Part shown: positions 60,129-64,000 of the stretch, one piece after another
How the letters are laid out: each line of letters starts with the position of its first letter
How positions within the stretch are numbered: position 1 is the first letter of the stretch
NCBI GenBank assembly: GCA_963748015.1
Contig: CAVVHE010000004.1
Coordinates: 1,888,001 to 1,952,000, forward strand
Reading direction: 5' to 3'
Length of the DNA: 64,000 nucleotides
Source: Terriglobia bacterium
GTDB lineage: Bacteria > Acidobacteriota > Polarisedimenticolia > Polarisedimenticolales > JAIQFR01
Translations under genes and position numbers: made by a program
Notes under the pieces: generated by a model
Told to the model about the DNA's origin: nothing
The model's database searches: none
The model's input: only the letters and a program-made list of their open reading frames with translations

Positions 60129-63100
60129 TCAGGACGGCCGGCAGGCGTCGCCAACCCCGTCCGAGTCCGAATCCGCTTGATCGGGGTTGGGCAAGGCGGG
60201 ACAGTTGTCGCACGCGTCGCCGACACCGTCGCGGTCGGCATCGGCCTGGCCGGGATTCGATACCGTCGGGCAGACGTCGTCGAGGTCTCTCGTGCCGTCG
60301 CCGTCGCCGTCGGCATCGGGCGTCCCCGGGCAAACGGTCCCGATGACCCTGGGGCCGGACGAGCCCGCTCCGATCTGCCCGTCGCCGCAGGTGTTGAGCG
60401 CCGCGACGAGGTAGTAGAAGAGCTGGCCGGGAAGCGGGTTTTCCGAGTCGAGCGCCTGGCGGCTCAAGAGGTCCGGCGCGAAGCAGGCGTGCGCGTAGCC
60501 GAAGGGAGAGCCGGCCGGGACCGCGCCGCGATAAACGTCGTAGACACGCCCCTGGTACGCCGCGTCCCAGAGCAAGGTCGCGCGGTCCAGGCCGAAGCGA
60601 ACTTGCGGGACCTCTCCGGGGGCGGCGCTCGCCGCGGCAAGGTCCGGGGCGCAATCCGACTCGTTCGGTACACCGTCGCCGTCCCGGTCGGGATCGCAGG
60701 CGTCCCCCAGCCCGTCGCCGTCGAGATCCTGCTGGCCGGAATTGGCAATCGCCGGACAGTTGTCCACGTTCCCGCAAATCCCGTCCCCGTCGGCATCGTT
60801 CGCGAGGTCGAGCGGGCACGGGTCGCAGGCGTCGCCGGCGCCGTCCCCGTCGGCGTCCGCCTGACCGGCGTTCGCGAGGCCCGGGCAGTTGTCGCAGGCA
60901 TCTCCCGCCCCGTCGGCGTCGCCATCCTCCTGACCGGGATTGGCCACGCTCGGGCAGTTGTCCGCGCCGCCGCAGAGGCCGTCGCCGTCGGGATCGTTCG
61001 CCACGTCCAGCGGGCAGGGATCGCAGGCGTCGCCGAGGCCGTCGCCGTCCGCGTCCTCCTGACCGGCGTTCGCCAGGACGGGACAGTTGTCGCAAACGTC
61101 GCCGCGGCCGTCCGCGTCCGCGTCGAGCTGATCGGCGTTCGCGACAGCCGGGCAGTTGTCGCAAGCGTCGCCGTGGCCGTCGGCGTCGGCATCTTCCTGG
61201 CCGCTGTTCGCGACGCCGGGACAATTGTCGCAAACGTCGCCGCGGCCGTCGCCGTCCGTGTCGAGCTGATCCGCGTTCGCGACCGCCGGGCAGTCGTCCG
61301 TCGCGCAGGCGTTCCCCGGGAACCCCGGATTCCCGAACCCGTCCCCGTCCGTGTCCGTGCACGTGTCGCACGCGTCGCCCGCCCCGTCGCCGTCGGCATC
61401 CAGTTGATCGAGGTTGGCGACGCTCGAGCAGTTGTCGCAAACGTCGCCGCGGCCGTCGCTATCCTCGTCGAGCTGGTCCGAATTCGCTACGGCGACGCAG
61501 TTGTCGCAAGCATCGCCGCGGCCATCGAGGTCGCCGTCGGCCTGCCCCGCGTTCGAGACGGCCGGGCAGTTGTCGCAAGCGTCACCGCGCCCGTCGCCGT
61601 CCGTGTCGAGCTGGTCCGCGTTGGCGGCGCTCGCGCAGTTGTCGCACGCATCCCCGCGGCCGTCCGCATCCGCGTCGAGCTGATCGGCGTTCGCGACCGC
61701 AGGGCAGTTGTCGCAAGCGTCACCGTGGCCGTCGGCGTCCGTGTCGGCCTGCTCCGCGTTCGCCGCCACCGGGCAGTTGTCCGCGGCGCACGTGTTGCCC
61801 GGGAAGCCGGGATTGCCGAAACCGTCCCCGTCCGTGTCCGTGCACGTGTCGCAGGCGTCGCCTGCACCGTCGACGTCCGCGTCTTCCTGGCCGGCGTTCG
61901 CGACGGTCGGGCAATCGTCCACGCCGCAGGTATTCGCCGCGAAACCCGGATTCCCGTAACCGTCGCCGTCCGTGTCCGTGCACGTGTCGCACGCGTCGCC
62001 CGTGCCGTCGCCGTCGGCATCCAGTTGATCGAGGTTGGCGGCAGCCGGACAGTTGTCGCAGACGTCGCCTACACCGTCCGCGTCCCCGTCCGCCTGGTCC
62101 GCGTTCGCCACGCCCGGGCAGTTGTCGGCGGGACACGTATTCGCCGCGTAGCCCGGATTCCCGTAACCGTCGCCGTCGGTGTCCGTGCACGCGTCGCACG
62201 CGTCGCCCGCACCGTCGACGTCCGCGTCGAGCTGATCCGTGTTGGCCACCGCCGGGCAGTTGTCGCAGACGTCCCCTCTCCCGTCCCCGTCCGCATCCTC
62301 CTGCCCCGCATTCCCCACGCCCGGACAGTTGTCGCACACGTCCCCGCGGCCATCGCCGTCCGCGTCGTCCTGGCCCGGGTTCGCGACCGCCGCGCAGTTG
62401 TCGCAGACGTCGCCGAGACCGTCCCCGTCCGCGTCCGCCTGGTCCGGGTTCGCCACCGCCGCGCAATTGTCCAGCGGGCACGTGCTCCCGCTGAATCCCG
62501 GATCCGCGAAGCCGTCCCCGTCCCCGTCCGTGCACGTGTCGCAGGCGTCGCCCGCGCCGTCCCCGTCGACATCCTCCTGGCCGGCATTCGCGACGCCCGG
62601 GCAGTTGTCGCACGCGTCGCCGCGACCGTCGCTATCCTCGTCGAGCTGGTCCGCGTTCGCGACCGCCGGGCAGTTGTCGCACGCGTCGCCGTGGCCATCG
62701 GCGTCGCCGTCGAGCTGATCCGAGTTCGCGACCGCGGGGCAGTTGTCGCAGGCGTCGCCGTGGCCGTCGGTGTCACCGTCGAGCTGGCTCGCATTCGACA
62801 CCGCCGGGCAGTTGTCGCACGCGTCACCGCGGCCATCGGTGTCACCGTCGAGCTGATCCGAGTTCGCGATCGCCGGGCAGTCGTCGCAGAGGTCGCCGTA
62901 TCCGTCGGCGTCGACGTCGGCCTGATCCGGATTCGCCACCCCAGGACAGTTGTCCGCGGCGCAGGTGTTTGCCGCAAACCCCGGATTCCCGAACCCGTCC
63001 CCGTCCGTGTCCGTGCACGTGTCGCACGCGTCGCCCGCCCCGTCGCCGTCGGCATCCAGTTGATCGAGGTTGGCGACGCTCGAGCAGTTGTCGCAAACGT

Positions 63101-64000
63101 CGCCGCGCCCGTCGCTATCCTCGTCGAGCTGGTCCGAATTCGCTACGGCGACGCAGTTGTCGCAAGCATCGCCGCGGCCATCGAGGTCGCCGTCGGCCTG
63201 CCCCGCGTTCGAGACGGCCGGGCAGTTGTCGCAAGCGTCACCGCGCCCGTCGCCGTCCGTGTCGAGCTGGTCCGCGTTGGCGGCGCTCGCGCAGTTGTCG
63301 CACGCATCCCCGCGGCCGTCCGCATCCGCGTCGAGCTGATCGGCGTTCGCGACCGCAGGGCAGTTGTCGCAAGCGTCACCGTGGCCGTCGGCGTCCGTGT
63401 CGGCCTGCTCCGCGTTCGCCGCCACCGGGCAGTTGTCCGCGGCGCACGTGTTGCCCGGGAAGCCGGGATTGCCGAAACCGTCCCCGTCCGTGTCCGTGCA
63501 CGTGTCGCAGGCGTCGCCTGCACCGTCGACGTCCGCGTCTTCCTGGCCGGCGTTCGCGACGGTCGGGCAATCGTCCACGCCGCAGGTATTCGCCGCGAAA
63601 CCCGGATTCCCGTAACCGTCGCCGTCCGTGTCCGTGCACGTGTCGCACGCGTCGCCCGTGCCGTCGCCGTCGGCATCCAGTTGATCGAGGTTGGCGGCAG
63701 CCGGACAGTTGTCGCAGACGTCGCCTACACCGTCCGCGTCCCCGTCCGCCTGGTCCGCGTTCGCCACGCCCGGGCAGTTGTCGGCGGGACACGTATTCGC
63801 CGCGTAGCCCGGATTCCCGTAACCGTCGCCGTCGGTGTCCGTGCACGCGTCGCACGCGTCGCCCGCACCGTCGACGTCCGCGTCGAGCTGATCCGTGTTG
63901 GCCACCGCCGGGCAGTTGTCGCAGACGTCCCCTCTCCCGTCCCCGTCCGCATCCTCCTGCCCCGCATTCCCCACGCCCGGACAGTTGTCGCACACGTCCC
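60129..64000 (-). CDS. Large thrombospondin type-3 repeat (Ca-binding) surface protein, 5'-partial
   Basis: Dozens of DNCPxVxNxxQxDxDxDGxGDxC repeats and a C-terminal FN3-like domain; frame open to the window end. Confidence 0.92.
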   Translation of the reverse strand, partial: DVCDNCPGVGNAGQEDADGDGRGDVCDNCPAVANTDQLDADVDGAGDACDACTDTDGDGYGNPGYAANTCPADNCPGVANADQADGDADGVGDVCDNCPAAANLDQLDADGDGTGDACDTCTDTDGDGYGNPGFAANTCGVDDCPTVANAGQEDADVDGAGDACDTCTDTDGDGFGNPGFPGNTCAADNCPVAANAEQADTDADGHGDACDNCPAVANADQLDADADGRGDACDNCASAANADQLDTDGDGRGDACDNCPAVSNAGQADGDLDGRGDACDNCVAVANSDQLDEDSDGRGDVCDNCSSVANLDQLDADGDGAGDACDTCTDTDGDGFGNPGFAANTCAADNCPGVANPDQADVDADGYGDLCDDCPAIANSDQLDGDTDGRGDACDNCPAVSNASQLDGDTDGHGDACDNCPAVANSDQLDGDADGHGDACDNCPAVANADQLDEDSDGRGDACDNCPGVANAGQEDVDGDGAGDACDTCTDGDGDGFADPGFSGSTCPLDNCAAVANPDQADADGDGLGDVCDNCAAVANPGQDDADGDGRGDVCDNCPGVGNAGQEDADGDGRGDVCDNCPAVANTDQLDADVDGAGDACDACTDTDGDGYGNPGYAANTCPADNCPGVANADQADGDADGVGDVCDNCPAAANLDQLDADGDGTGDACDTCTDTDGDGYGNPGFAANTCGVDDCPTVANAGQEDADVDGAGDACDTCTDTDGDGFGNPGFPGNTCAADNCPVAANAEQADTDADGHGDACDNCPAVANADQLDADADGRGDACDNCASAANADQLDTDGDGRGDACDNCPAVSNAGQADGDLDGRGDACDNCVAVANSDQLDEDSDGRGDVCDNCSSVANLDQLDADGDGAGDACDTCTDTDGDGFGNPGFPGNACATDDCPAVANADQLDTDGDGRGDVCDNCPGVANSGQEDADADGHGDACDNCPAVANADQLDADADGRGDVCDNCPVLANAGQEDADGDGLGDACDPCPLDVANDPDGDGLCGGADNCPSVANPGQEDGDADGAGDACDNCPGLANAGQADADGDGAGDACDPCPLDLANDADGDGICGNVDNCPAIANSGQQDLDGDGLGDACDPDRDGDGVPNESDCAPDLAAASAAPGEVPQVRFGLDRATLLWDAAYQGRVYDVYRGAVPAGSPFGYAHACFAPDLLSRQALDSENPLPGQLFYYLVAALNTCGDGQIGAGSSGPRVIGTVCPGTPDADGDGDGTRDLDDVCPTVSNPGQADADRDGVGDACDNCPALPNPDQADSDSDGVGDACRPS
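61321..64000. repeat. Near-identical intragenic direct repeat, period 1656 bp (61321-62344 matches 62977-64000)
   Basis: Shadow ORFs recur at +1656 (61414/63070, 61487/63143, 61708/63364); one mismatch noticed (61452 vs 63108). Confidence 0.9.

Noticed and set aside
60129..64000. CRISPR-like periodicity
   Set aside because: The periodicity is coding TSP3 repeats; there are no constant repeats with unique spacers and no cas genes.

Overview
High-GC (~70% by eye) bacterial chromosomal window of about 50 mostly intact genes. No rRNA, tRNA, CRISPR array or transposase was found. The lineage is uncertain; the TSP3-repeat protein, TonB receptor and Planctomycete-style kinase suggest an Acidobacteriota-like diderm (inference). 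In order: a frameshifted Ser/Thr kinase; a DTW fusion protein; two membrane proteins; a Tat-exported DUF362 protein; thiN; a minus-strand stress cluster (HEAT protein, divergent EF-G, Usp, Hsp20, Lon, Csp); an MFS-spermidine synthase fusion; a redox operon (two DRTGG proteins, anti-sigma kinase, degenerate [FeFe]-hydrogenase-like protein, Cys-rich protein, StnABC/Nfn-Bfu-like bifurcating transhydrogenase); glmS and DsrE; a minus-strand run of ppk2, BstABC-like lipid transporter, FN3 protein and TonB receptor; an AmrB-AmrA fusion; cyoE and an ABC pair; a sigma-70 factor; a tricarboxylate operon (HD-like protein, PrpD, fungal-type homoaconitase, beta-decarboxylating dehydrogenase, CitD-CitE fusion, CitF); an ECF/anti-sigma/DUF4252 locus; a Pfk variant; and a partial TSP3-repeat surface protein with a near-identical 1656-bp-period duplication. 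The best candidates for undescribed biology are the synthase-less tricarboxylate operon, the BstABC-like transporter linked to a TonB receptor, the hydrogenase-type sensory module in front of an Stn-like complex, and a four-copy family of GTAG-core palindromic repeats. All family calls come from motif recognition, not database searches.
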